This document shows positions 36,719-46,370 of a DNA stretch of 64,000 nt, one piece after another; position 1 is the first letter of the stretch, and each line of letters starts with the position of its first letter. The position numbers and the translations under genes are program-made. Where the stretch lies: contig CAYTRS010000002.1 of NCBI GenBank assembly GCA_964440305.1, positions 4,048 through 68,047 on the forward strand, read 5' to 3'. The notes beneath the pieces were generated by a model. It was not told where the DNA came from. It did no database searches and was given only the letters and a program-made list of their open reading frames with translations. Origin of the DNA: an uncultured Bdellovibrionales bacterium (GTDB lineage: Bacteria > Patescibacteriota > Minisyncoccia > Moranbacterales > JAKLHP01).

Positions 36719-39700
36719 TTATTCTGTAAATTTACCACCCGATATATCAAAGAATCTTTCAAAGAAATTCGTGAGTTTCGTTAAAACACTCTCACGCTTT
36801 TTGGAACGCTCGCCGGTCGGAGAAAAGCGGGATACAGGAGGCAAGACCTTAGTAATAGCAGTACCGGTTGTCGCTACACTACCGTCACGGAAAGCATTTT
36901 TTACAAACGCATAAGTTGCATCGTGATCCAAACCTTCATTGTCAATAATTTTTTCAAGCTCCTCAATCTTTTTCTTATTCACGAATTTCTGCCAATCATC
37001 ATCAACCACCGAATGAATATCAAGTGAAGTGATAAACTGATTAATGAGATCTTTCTTATTGCGTAGTTCAATGCTTGAGTCTATTGCTTTATTAATATCA
37101 ACCAAAATCTCGCGATTTTTATTGTGGTCTTCGTGATATTTCTTGATGAGTCCCAACACAAAGTCAATATTTATTTCTACCTGCTTGATAAGCTCCATCT
37201 CAAACACTAAATCATCGTTAATATTTTCCTGATCAATGTCTGCATTTTTACGAAATTCATTGTACAGATCAATGTACATACTATGATAATCTTGAATATC
37301 GCGCTCAGTTAAAATCTCATTGCCGGCAAACTCATCAAAAGTTGTCAAAATGTTACGAACTCGTAATATCCCGCCATAGAGCTTGATAAAATCTTTCTGT
37401 TTTTGTTCGCCAATGATTTGCTCACCGACTGGGAATTTTTCCAGGAGCTCTGCCACTAAACCTGTATATCCGCGCACTTCCTTGTTACCGTCTTTGTAGC
37501 CGTTATAATACTCCTCGTATGATTTAAGAAGTACAATACCGCCCGCTTCTTTATCGCCAAATAGAGCTATGGATTCGTTTGTCGCTTTCTCTAGGTTACG
37601 GAAGCAAACAATGTTTCCAAAGGTCTTTACGCTATTTAAAATACGATTGGTACGCGAAAATGCCTGCAAGAGTCCATGCAGTCTCAAGTTTTTATCCACC
37701 CAAAGCGTGTTCAGCGTTGTGGCGTCAAAGCCGGTCAAAAACATATTGACCACAATCAGGACATCAATCTCGCGGTTTTTCACTCTCAAACTCACGTCTT
37801 TGTAATAATTTTGAAACTTATCCGATGAAGTATCAAAAGACGTTCCAAACATCGCATTGTAATCAATAATTGCATTATCAAGAAAATCTCTTGAACTCAC
37901 ATCGAGTCCGCTCGTATCTTCTGAGTTTTCGTCTATCATTCCATCGGCGTCTTCATCATTCACGCCGAAGCTATAAATTGTTGCTATCTTGAGTTGTTTG
38001 TCACTCGGTACATTTGTGAGTTGTTTTTTAAATTCGGCATAATACTTTTTTGCGACATCAATGGACGAAACCGCAAATATAGAATTAAAGCCTGCTAATC
38101 TTCTGTCCTTCAGTTTATAAAAACTGTTACGCTTGGTCTTTTGGTCAAAATGTTCGCGAATGTAGCTGACGATATTTGCTAAGCGCTCTGGCGAAGCAAG
38201 TACCGCCTCTCGATCGATATCACTGACTTTCTTATCTTCAATATTTTCAGCTTCACGAACAGTAGAAACATAATCCACTTTAAACGGCAAAACATTTTTA
38301 TCAGCGATGGCATTTACAATGGTGTAGGTATGCAGTTTTTCACCAAAGGCTTGCTCGGTGGTTTTCAAGTCCGGTCGTCCGCTAGAAGACGCGTTCATGG
38401 CAAAAATTGGTGTACCGGTAAAACCAAAGAGGTTGTAATTCTTGAATGTTTTGGTAATAGCGGCGTGCATATCGCCAAACTGTGAACGGTGACATTCGTC
38501 AAAGATAAGCACTACATGCCCATCAAAAATAGTATGCCCGGAATTGCGCCCAATAAAACGATCGAGTTTCTGGATAGTGGTGATGATAATTCGTGCGTTC
38601 GGATTTTCCAATTGTTTCTTCAAAATCGCCGTACTGGTATTACTATTGGCCGCACCTTTCTCAAACTTATCGTATTCTCGCATGGTCTGATAGTCCAAGT
38701 CCTTGCGGTCAACCACAAACATCACCTTATCCACATACGTCAATCTACTCACGAGCTGGGCAGTCTTGAAACTGGTCAAAGTTTTTCCCGATCCGGTCGT
38801 GTGCCAAATGTACCCTCCAGCCTCAACCGTGCCAAGTTTCTTGTAGTTCGTGCTGACTTCAATGCGACTCAATATTCTCTCTGTCGCCACTATCTGATAT
38901 GGTCGCATCGCCAAAAGCTGTCGTTCAGTGGTAAAAACACAATAGCGGGTCAAAATATTTAAAAGCGCGTGTTTGGCAAAAAATGTCTTGACAAAATCCA
39001 TCAGATCCGTAATTGGTCGATTGGTAGCATCTGCCCACCAACTGGTAAATTCAAAACTGCTGCTAGAGCGCTTACCTTTTTTCACCGCACCCTCACTGGC
39101 TTCTTTGATATGCTCCGAACGGACGGTGTTGCTATAATATTTTGTATGCGTGCCATTGGAAATTATAAATAGTTGAACATATTCAAAAAGCCCCGCCGAA
39201 GCCCAAAAACTTTCGCGTTGATAACGGTTAATCTGATTGAATGCCTCGGCAATAGCGACTCCACGGCGCTTGAGCTCGACATGCACCATCGGCAAACCAT
39301 TAACAAGAATCGTTACATCATAGCGATTAGCGCGTTGCCCATCTTCAGTCGCATATTGATTGATGACCTGCAAGCTATTGTCGTGAATGTTGTCTTTTTT
39401 TATAAGATACACATTTTTGACTGTTCCGTCCTCGCGCGTCAGGTTTCTAATATGATCTTCTTGGATCGTTGCTGTTTTTTCTGCAATGCTTTGGTTTGGA
39501 TTGGCAATTTCACTTGCAAAGAAATTCTCCCATTCAGCATCAGCAAAAGTAAACCCATTGAGTTTCTCCAATTGCAAACGGAGGTTCGATACCAAATCAG
39601 ATTCAGATGTGATAGCTAGATATTCGTACGCTTGCGTTTCGAGTTGTTTTATAAAAGCACGCTCCAGATCCGCCTCGCTTTGATAAGAAACACCATCCCG

Positions 39701-39793
39701 TACCCGATCTGCGAGCTTATAATACTCAGCGACAACGGTGCTTTGAGGATTTTCTGCAACTAGATTGTATTTTTTATTATTTGGCATATTCAT
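36719..39793 (-). CDS. hsdR: Type I restriction enzyme R subunit (HsdR)
   Basis: 1024 aa; SF2 helicase motifs TTGSGKTLTSF (Walker A), DECHRSQ (DEAH); HsdR_N-like N-terminus; operon with hsdM/hsdS. Confidence 0.9.
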   Translation of the reverse strand: MNMPNNKKYNLVAENPQSTVVAEYYKLADRVRDGVSYQSEADLERAFIKQLETQAYEYLAITSESDLVSNLRLQLEKLNGFTFADAEWENFFASEIANPNQSIAEKTATIQEDHIRNLTREDGTVKNVYLIKKDNIHDNSLQVINQYATEDGQRANRYDVTILVNGLPMVHVELKRRGVAIAEAFNQINRYQRESFWASAGLFEYVQLFIISNGTHTKYYSNTVRSEHIKEASEGAVKKGKRSSSSFEFTSWWADATNRPITDLMDFVKTFFAKHALLNILTRYCVFTTERQLLAMRPYQIVATERILSRIEVSTNYKKLGTVEAGGYIWHTTGSGKTLTSFKTAQLVSRLTYVDKVMFVVDRKDLDYQTMREYDKFEKGAANSNTSTAILKKQLENPNARIIITTIQKLDRFIGRNSGHTIFDGHVVLIFDECHRSQFGDMHAAITKTFKNYNLFGFTGTPIFAMNASSSGRPDLKTTEQAFGEKLHTYTIVNAIADKNVLPFKVDYVSTVREAENIEDKKVSDIDREAVLASPERLANIVSYIREHFDQKTKRNSFYKLKDRRLAGFNSIFAVSSIDVAKKYYAEFKKQLTNVPSDKQLKIATIYSFGVNDEDADGMIDENSEDTSGLDVSSRDFLDNAIIDYNAMFGTSFDTSSDKFQNYYKDVSLRVKNREIDVLIVVNMFLTGFDATTLNTLWVDKNLRLHGLLQAFSRTNRILNSVKTFGNIVCFRNLEKATNESIALFGDKEAGGIVLLKSYEEYYNGYKDGNKEVRGYTGLVAELLEKFPVGEQIIGEQKQKDFIKLYGGILRVRNILTTFDEFAGNEILTERDIQDYHSMYIDLYNEFRKNADIDQENINDDLVFEMELIKQVEINIDFVLGLIKKYHEDHNKNREILVDINKAIDSSIELRNKKDLINQFITSLDIHSVVDDDWQKFVNKKKIEELEKIIDNEGLDHDATYAFVKNAFRDGSVATTGTAITKVLPPVSRFSPTGERSKKRESVLTKLTNFFERFFDISGGKFTE

Positions 39794-40952
39794 TGAATGT
39801 TAGAAGCTTTCCTTGATAGTATTCATATTGTTGTCTGCGAGCAGAAAGTTCTGCTGGCAAACCAATTGAGATGTCGTTCACCAGCGCTTCAAGTTTATCA
39901 AGTATAGCCACAACGCTGTTCTGATGTGATAGATCAGGAATTTGCACAGTCGCTTTCTTTAAAATATCGTATGAAATAAAGGGCTGTGAACCTGCATGTG
40001 CTTGTGATCTAAAATCTTGTAAAAGTAAAAGATAATAACCATACCTTGGATTAATATTTGTCTTAATTTTACAGATTACTCCGTTATATGTAACAAAGTG
40101 TTTTCCCTTAACCCAATTAACAATACCCGCATATGCGCCAATATGGCCTATTACAGGCGCATCCTCACTATTATATTGATCATGTTGACCAGCTAAACGA
40201 TTACCACCATATACTGGATATTTTCCTCCTGTGTTCGGGATAGTATTGCCTTCGCCATATTGAAAATCGTAAATATCACCTAATGCTTTCCAATCCCCCT
40301 TATTGCTAGACAGCATTAAATCTTTTCTATAATACTCATACTGTTTCTTTCTTGCTTCTAGCTCTGCTTCTAGCTCTGCTTCTAGCTCTGTGAAATTATT
40401 AAGTACCTTAATAATTTCCTCTTGCACCGCAATCGGCGGGAGAGGTATTATAATTTTTGCAAAACGCTTTTTTGAAACATTAAATCGCGTTACACCACTT
40501 GCAGTTTTTGCAATTTGTTTTCTCATCTGTTCATCCCTAAATAAATATTTTGAAAATTCTGGTAAAAGCAGATTGGTATTATGAAAACGAAAACCAAAAC
40601 AGAAACTATTTAGATACAATGAACCATCGGCTTCTTTAGTTAAAACAGATGACATTCCGCACTCGTTCGGTGTTTCGGACGATCCTGTAAATAACACGTC
40701 CCCGTATTCAATTTTGTTCTGGTTTTCATCTTTACTCACCTTTACAAAAGTATTAATATCAGTATTGACTGCAATATTAGAAAAGATATTCATGTAGGTA
40801 ACAAATTTTGCGTTACCATTACTAAAATCATCCTTGCTCTTTCCAGACAGTCCGCCATAAAAATCGCCGAGTTTTCCCAACTCCTTAAACTCCACCCCAT
40901 TCGGGCAGAGTTCGGCGATCAGCTTTTCGATTTTGCTTACATGTTTAGTCAT
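39777..40952 (-). CDS. hsdS: Type I restriction-modification specificity subunit (HsdS), two target-recognition domains
   Basis: Start placed at the in-frame ATG at 40950-40952 (MTKHVSKIEKL…), 1 nt after the hsdM stop. Central conserved coiled-coil ELEAELEAELEARKKQYEYYRKDLM and C-terminal …RRQQYEYYQGKLLTF. Confidence 0.8.
   Translation of the reverse strand: MTKHVSKIEKLIAELCPNGVEFKELGKLGDFYGGLSGKSKDDFSNGNAKFVTYMNIFSNIAVNTDINTFVKVSKDENQNKIEYGDVLFTGSSETPNECGMSSVLTKEADGSLYLNSFCFGFRFHNTNLLLPEFSKYLFRDEQMRKQIAKTASGVTRFNVSKKRFAKIIIPLPPIAVQEEIIKVLNNFTELEAELEAELEARKKQYEYYRKDLMLSSNKGDWKALGDIYDFQYGEGNTIPNTGGKYPVYGGNRLAGQHDQYNSEDAPVIGHIGAYAGIVNWVKGKHFVTYNGVICKIKTNINPRYGYYLLLLQDFRSQAHAGSQPFISYDILKKATVQIPDLSHQNSVVAILDKLEALVNDISIGLPAELSARRQQYEYYQGKLLTFNEYAK
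40351..40390 (-). repeat. 12-bp tandem repeat (GAGCTAGAAGCA)x3 encoding (ELEA)x3 in the HsdS central spacer
   Basis: Plus-strand cttctagctctg repeated three times at 40361-40390. Confidence 0.7.
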
Positions 40953-40953
40953 A

Positions 40954-42564
40954 TTATTTTGTTCCTTCAATATCAGCCACAATTTTATCAATTGAAATAC
41001 GCAGTTCATTTTGCCTTGCGACAATCTGAGCAATTTTTGAGTTGAGAGAAGTGATGTCCACCACCTCACGCATGTCCTCCCTCACAACATAGCTTGATAC
41101 AGCGATATTGTAGTCGTTCTCAGTAATAGCTTTGTTTTCAACAAGTTTGGTAAAATAGTCTGTGTCTTTACGAGTCGTAAACGCTTCCAAAATCTTGAGG
41201 CGATTTGCCTCGCTCAATTTGTTTTTATTGCCACCACGAACAAATTCGGCAGATGCATCAATAAAAAGTGTTTTATTATCCTTCTTACTTTTTTTGAGAA
41301 CGATGATGCAGGTGGCGATAGTAGTGCCGAAAAAGAGATCAGGCGGCAGTTGAATGACCGCATCAACATAATTATTGTCTATCAGATACTTTCGAATTTT
41401 ACCCTCTGCACCACCACGATAAAGAACGCCAGGAAATTCAACAATCGCCGCCGTTCCGCTCGTTGATAGCCATGCAAGCATATGCATGGTAAAAGCGAGG
41501 TCGGCTTTGCTCTTTGGTGCTAATACTCCTGCTGGCGAGAAACGAGGATCGTTAATGAGAAGAGGATTCGCGTCACCCTCCCAATGAATTGAATACGGCG
41601 GATTGGAAACGATAGCATCAAACGGCTCGTCATCCCAATGCTTTGGATCTATGAGTGTATCACCGTGAGCAATATCAAAATTGTTGTAGTTGATGTCGTG
41701 CAGGAACATGTTAATACGACAAAGATTGTAGGTGGTGAGGTTAATTTCCTGTCCAAAAAAGCCTTGCCTAACATTTTCTCTGCCTAGGACCTTGGCAAAC
41801 TTGAGAAGCAAGGAGCCAGAACCACAAGCTGGATCATAGACCTTGTTCACTTCTTTTTTGCCAACCGTTGTGATTTCAGCCAGAAGTTCACTGACTTCCT
41901 GGGGAGTATAAAATTCACCACCAGACTTACCGGCGTTTGAAGCATACATGGTCATCAAAAACTCATACGCATCACCGAAAGCATCTATGGTATTGTCTGA
42001 ATAGTCACCAAGTCGTAGATCGCCAATAGATTCAAAAAGTTTTGTAAGTTTCTGATTTCTTTTTTCTACCGTACCACCAAGTTTATTGGAATTTACATCA
42101 AGATCTGCAAACAACCCTTTGATGTCATCTTCGCTGTCTGCACCCTTTGCGGAATTTTCAATATTTCTAAAAACGGCGGTAAGCGTTTCGTTAAGATTGG
42201 CATCATTACGAGCGTTCTTACGAACATTAATAAAAAGCTCACTCGGTAAAATATAAAACCCTTTTTCTACTACGGTATCGGATCGACCGAACTCTGCTTC
42301 TTTATTGGAAAGTGTGGCATAGTCAAAATCTTTTTTACCAGCACGATGTTCTTCAGTATTAATATGATTGGTCAAATTCTCACTTATGAAGCGATAAAAG
42401 AGTATTCCAAGCACATACTGCTTAAAGTCCCAACCGTCCACGCTTCCACGCAAATCATTGGCAATCTGCCAAATAGCACGATGTAATTCTGAGCGCTCTT
42501 GCTCCTTGGTCATGTTCAAATCTTTATCTTTTTTGCTCATAAAATTATTTTTTTCTAAACGCAA
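40954..42564 (-). CDS. hsdM: Type I R-M N6-adenine DNA methyltransferase subunit (HsdM)
   Basis: NPPY motif (VSNPPYSIHWEG), SAM motif DPACGSGSLL, HsdM N-terminal domain. Confidence 0.9.
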   Translation of the reverse strand: MRLEKNNFMSKKDKDLNMTKEQERSELHRAIWQIANDLRGSVDGWDFKQYVLGILFYRFISENLTNHINTEEHRAGKKDFDYATLSNKEAEFGRSDTVVEKGFYILPSELFINVRKNARNDANLNETLTAVFRNIENSAKGADSEDDIKGLFADLDVNSNKLGGTVEKRNQKLTKLFESIGDLRLGDYSDNTIDAFGDAYEFLMTMYASNAGKSGGEFYTPQEVSELLAEITTVGKKEVNKVYDPACGSGSLLLKFAKVLGRENVRQGFFGQEINLTTYNLCRINMFLHDINYNNFDIAHGDTLIDPKHWDDEPFDAIVSNPPYSIHWEGDANPLLINDPRFSPAGVLAPKSKADLAFTMHMLAWLSTSGTAAIVEFPGVLYRGGAEGKIRKYLIDNNYVDAVIQLPPDLFFGTTIATCIIVLKKSKKDNKTLFIDASAEFVRGGNKNKLSEANRLKILEAFTTRKDTDYFTKLVENKAITENDYNIAVSSYVVREDMREVVDITSLNSKIAQIVARQNELRISIDKIVADIEGTK

Positions 42565-42624
42565 ATTAACAACGCGTCTCTCGTCATTTCAATATTTTAA
42601 TAATACTCCCGAACGACGATAAAG

Positions 42625-42700
42625 TAAAGAAAAACAGCCCTTATTCGGCCAAATTCGGTCCAACGGGCGATTTTTATGCCGAAAGGGTGCAACTACCCCG
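42625..42700 (-). repeat. Conserved intergenic element copy 3 (upstream of hsdM)
   Basis: agtaaagaaaaacagcccttattcggccaaattcggtccaacgggcgatttttatgccgaaagggtg aligns with copy 1. Confidence 0.55.
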
Positions 42701-42747
42701 AAGCCGGGATTCTTTCTGCCACGCCCTCAATTTTTCCTTCAGCCCTT

Positions 42748-44712
42748 TTACCTGTATTCTTCCAAAAATTCCAGCATTTCTTTCTGCTCGGCAAGAGCTT
42801 CTTTGGCTGAATTTTCGACGGATGCGAGCATGCCTTCAAAAGCCGTCTTATTTTCCATTACGGTTATATCTAGCAAATGCTTCCGAGCCTTCTTGACGTG
42901 AAAAAGTGTTTTGTCGCACATTTCCTGAATCACTTCGTACCAAAATATTTTTTGCAATTCCTTGATTTCTTTTTTCAGATCCAATTCTTTTGTGCTTTTG
43001 TTTCCCCTTCGTCTTGAATGCTTCTTCAAAACCGCCACCACCGTCGGGCTCAGCTGTCCTTTTTTGAGATCATCTTCCCAGTCATGTGCGTCATCATTGA
43101 GCTGCCGGGCGATTATATAATTTTCAAAAAATGCCATCAGCTTTTTTATTTCTGAAGATTCGACATTTCCGATACGAAGATACAGCACGGCCACTGGTCC
43201 TAGTGCATGGCCGATGGAACGATCGGCAAGTCTTTCCAATTTTCCAAAATCAGGCAATTGATTTGGGATCGTCACATGTGATCCGGATATTTTCGCCCGG
43301 CAGTTACTCGTCTCCCAAGCATTGGCCGAATCAATCCTATCCATCGTGTTCTTGAAAAATTGCAAAAATTTTTCATTCTTCGCAAAATTATCGCCGTATA
43401 TTGATGTCAGTTCACGAAGGCAGATATTGGCCAAGGAAAGAAGTTCCCGATTACCCTCGCCATCAAAAAAGTCATCATATATCGTGTATGCCATCCAGCC
43501 ATAGAGACTGGCTGCTCCCAACTCCACCAAGATATTTTCATTCACGGCCTTATTGTTCTTCAATGATTTTTGAAAATAATATGGCAAGAGCGTTATTTGA
43601 TTTGCCCTGTCTCCTTTCAATATCTTTTTTCTGACAGCCAAAAATTTTTCATTGAGCTCAGGGTTGAAATTGGAGAACCTTCGGTCGGTAAAATTGATTA
43701 TTTTCCTGTGTATCTTTTTCGGCTTGTCGTCTATTCCTGCTTTTCGTTTGTTTTCTATCAATTTATCTTTAGCTGAAAATTTCCCCAAAGCCTCTAGGCA
43801 GAATGCTGTTGTAAGCTCTGCGCTGCCTGAATAATGTTTTTGTTTATTTTTAACCAATTCAATTATCAACGGGCATGCCCGCCATTCCCCCTCAATTTGA
43901 TTTTTTAATATATACCCGATGCTTTTCTCTAGTTTTTCTTTTTCGTATCCGAAGTTAATAAGCGCACTGACAGCCAAAGCGGTTTCCAAGGGATTGCCCC
44001 AGGAATCATTCTCAAGCCTCTTTTTCAAAAGGTATGAGATTATTTTGTCTTTCTTCTTTCCCTTGTACCAGCGGGAAATAAAATAAATGACAGAATATTG
44101 AGAATGGTAATACGGAGAAGCGTATTCTCCGGAATCAATCGCTTTTTCAGTGAGCGCGATCAGGCTTTTCAAGGTCACTTCCTGAAGCGAAAGAAAAAAA
44201 GCGATGTTACTGTTGACCGCTAAATCAATGTCTTTCCAGCCCTTGTCCGCATCCGGCGGAGTAAGCCAGCTATAATACGGCCCGCCCTCTTTGCTTTCGC
44301 AAAATGTGAGCAAATTGACGACCTTGGAAACCGCTTTGATAGAAATGCTTTTTGGATCATGCTTAATCAGCGCAACCATGGCGCAACAAGTATCATCCAA
44401 GTCGTCCGGGTACGGCGCGTCCTTGCTTTCAGGGGAATTTCTTTTCCAATAATTCCATGACCAAAAATCGCTTTTTTGACTCAGCAGAAATTTTGCGGAT
44501 TTGCTTTTTACCTTCCCGAGAACCTTTGACTGAGGAAGACTGTCAAGACTCGCCAGGATCAGGCATGCCGGAAATATGGATCGGTTCTCTTTGGGATTTT
44601 CAAAACGCTTCGAGACTGAAATGAAATTGGAAAAACTCCCGTCTTCCTTTTGGGTGCGGGACAGATACTTGATGCCTGATTTTATCGCTTCGCTTACATC
44701 GCTATGATTCAT
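42748..44712 (-). CDS. Terpene cyclase/synthase-like protein: N-terminal squalene-cyclase-like domain (QW motifs, YPDDLDDTCCAMVAL) plus C-terminal helical domain with two DDxxD motifs
   Basis: Start moved to the internal Met (MNHSDV…) to avoid an 89-nt overlap with the kinase. KSGIKYLSRTQKEDGSFS and KSIGYILKNQIEGEW fit the QW motif. YPDDLDDTCCAMVAL matches the squalene-hopene cyclase catalytic segment. IYDDFFDGEG and, about 148 aa later, LNDDAHDWEDD are Asp-rich class I/prenyltransferase-like motifs. Confidence 0.45.
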   Translation of the reverse strand: MNHSDVSEAIKSGIKYLSRTQKEDGSFSNFISVSKRFENPKENRSIFPACLILASLDSLPQSKVLGKVKSKSAKFLLSQKSDFWSWNYWKRNSPESKDAPYPDDLDDTCCAMVALIKHDPKSISIKAVSKVVNLLTFCESKEGGPYYSWLTPPDADKGWKDIDLAVNSNIAFFLSLQEVTLKSLIALTEKAIDSGEYASPYYHSQYSVIYFISRWYKGKKKDKIISYLLKKRLENDSWGNPLETALAVSALINFGYEKEKLEKSIGYILKNQIEGEWRACPLIIELVKNKQKHYSGSAELTTAFCLEALGKFSAKDKLIENKRKAGIDDKPKKIHRKIINFTDRRFSNFNPELNEKFLAVRKKILKGDRANQITLLPYYFQKSLKNNKAVNENILVELGAASLYGWMAYTIYDDFFDGEGNRELLSLANICLRELTSIYGDNFAKNEKFLQFFKNTMDRIDSANAWETSNCRAKISGSHVTIPNQLPDFGKLERLADRSIGHALGPVAVLYLRIGNVESSEIKKLMAFFENYIIARQLNDDAHDWEDDLKKGQLSPTVVAVLKKHSRRRGNKSTKELDLKKEIKELQKIFWYEVIQEMCDKTLFHVKKARKHLLDITVMENKTAFEGMLASVENSAKEALAEQKEMLEFLEEYR

Positions 44713-46192
44713 CTCTAATTGGAATTTCAATGATAAATTTGCTGCCCTGTCCCCAGACGCTCTCAACCTTGATTGTTCCGCCAAAATCATTCTCGACTAT
44801 GTTTTTGACTGTCGTAAGTCCGATTCCGGTTCCCTTTTGCGGACCCTTGGTGGTAAAAAACGGCTCGAATATTTTTTCTTGAATATCTTCGGAAATTCCG
44901 CCGGCCCAGTCTTCAATGGAGATAATCGCCTTTTTGCCGAGCCTGTCCAATTTTACATCTATTTCTTTTTCCCCTTCATCGCTTATTTCATAAGCATCCA
45001 AGGCGTTGAGAATAATATTGATTATCACATGGTTGAACCTCACATCGTTCCCGTAAGTGATGATATCGAAGTCGCCTTTCAAATTTATTTTGACTTTTTC
45101 TGTCGTTAATTTGTAATTTAACAGTTTGGTGATATTTAAAATTTCTTTTTTCATGGAAAACAATGAATCCACTTTTTGATTTTGAAATTGTTTTTTGACG
45201 GCTTCGATATATTCCACCAATAAATCTTTGGTTTCATTGGCTTGTTTCAGATATTCTTTCGTCTGAGTATGCTCCTTCTCGCCAGCATCATTGGCTTTTT
45301 CGATATCAAAAAACAAAAATGTTATATGATTTATCAAATCGTGGAAAAGTCCGGAGGAAATTTTTCCGAACTCGATAAACCTGGCTGTCTGGTTTATTTT
45401 TTCCATTTGGGATTTTTCCAATTCTTTTGTTCTTTCTTGAACTCTCACTTCCAGCGTATCCCTTTCTTCCTTAAGCTCCGCCTCGGATTTTCTAGCGCGC
45501 TTCAATGATCTTTCGATTTCGCGGTTCGACAACCATGAAACGACGGCGATAATGGAAAATATTATAGAATGCCCGATAGGGTCGTTCATTTGAAATAATT
45601 CTGTCTTCCAATAAACTTTAGGGGAAATAATGTGATTCAACTGAAGATAACCAAGAATAAGAGTCACCAAAAGAATAATAAAATTTATCTCAAAAGCGAA
45701 TCGGGTACTGATAAGTATTCCTGATATTACTATCAGAAGGGCAAAAGTCAGTAATGCCATAGGTAAATCTACGCCCCATACATACACGGCATAACTCGCC
45801 GTAATCAAATAAGCATAAACGAAAATATAAGAAGCGATAACAAAAAATCCCTTTCTTGAAAGATAGTGCAAGAACACAAAAAAACAGAACAGCACCAGGG
45901 GCACCAGAGGAGAAATCGCTCTGTCATTATGCCTGACCAAAGAATGGTATAACGAAAAAAGGCTGAATACGCAAAAGAGAACACTTGATCCTGACACTAT
46001 AACATTAAAAATGAACTCTTGACGTTTCAAATCTTCTCCGTTCGATTTCGGTAATAAAAGTTTTCCATATAAAAAACGAGTAACCATAATTAAAAAGCTA
46101 TACTTTCCCTCCTCTTTTGACATATGGTTACTCGTTAAATATCTAAGCGACATCAGTCCACGGATTTGCGACACTGGCCATTGAAACAACAA
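44702..46192 (-). CDS. Sensor histidine kinase (multi-TM sensor, HisKA + HATPase_c)
   Basis: 6-7 N-terminal TM helices; H-box FGKISSGLFHDLINHITFL; G-boxes …GTGIGLTTVKNIV… and GQGSKFIIEIP. Confidence 0.8.
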   Translation of the reverse strand: MLFQWPVSQIRGLMSLRYLTSNHMSKEEGKYSFLIMVTRFLYGKLLLPKSNGEDLKRQEFIFNVIVSGSSVLFCVFSLFSLYHSLVRHNDRAISPLVPLVLFCFFVFLHYLSRKGFFVIASYIFVYAYLITASYAVYVWGVDLPMALLTFALLIVISGILISTRFAFEINFIILLVTLILGYLQLNHIISPKVYWKTELFQMNDPIGHSIIFSIIAVVSWLSNREIERSLKRARKSEAELKEERDTLEVRVQERTKELEKSQMEKINQTARFIEFGKISSGLFHDLINHITFLFFDIEKANDAGEKEHTQTKEYLKQANETKDLLVEYIEAVKKQFQNQKVDSLFSMKKEILNITKLLNYKLTTEKVKINLKGDFDIITYGNDVRFNHVIINIILNALDAYEISDEGEKEIDVKLDRLGKKAIISIEDWAGGISEDIQEKIFEPFFTTKGPQKGTGIGLTTVKNIVENDFGGTIKVESVWGQGSKFIIEIPIRDES

Positions 46193-46370
46193 AAGCGCTC
46201 AATGCCACCGCCCTCCTGATCTTCTTGCACATTAGAATTTTTTTTATGATTTTCTTTTTCATTTCTTTTTTCGTTTAGGTTTTGATAAAAAATAATCCCT
46301 CGACCTGGAATTATAGCCTGCCTGAATTATATCAAAATCAGGTAAAGAAAAAGTAAAGGAATTGTAAAGA

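Noticed and set aside
40953-41069. N-terminal extension of hsdS to 41069 (430-aa ORF) overlapping hsdM by 116 nt
   Set aside because: The in-frame ATG at 40950-40952 (MTKHVSKIEKL…) starts 1 nt after the hsdM stop, the usual coupled arrangement. The upstream extension is probably just open frame within hsdM.
44713-44790. Longer start (44790) for the terpene-cyclase-like gene
   Set aside because: It would overlap the histidine-kinase 3' end by 89 nt. The internal Met at 44712 gives a 10-nt intergenic gap and begins right before the first QW motif.
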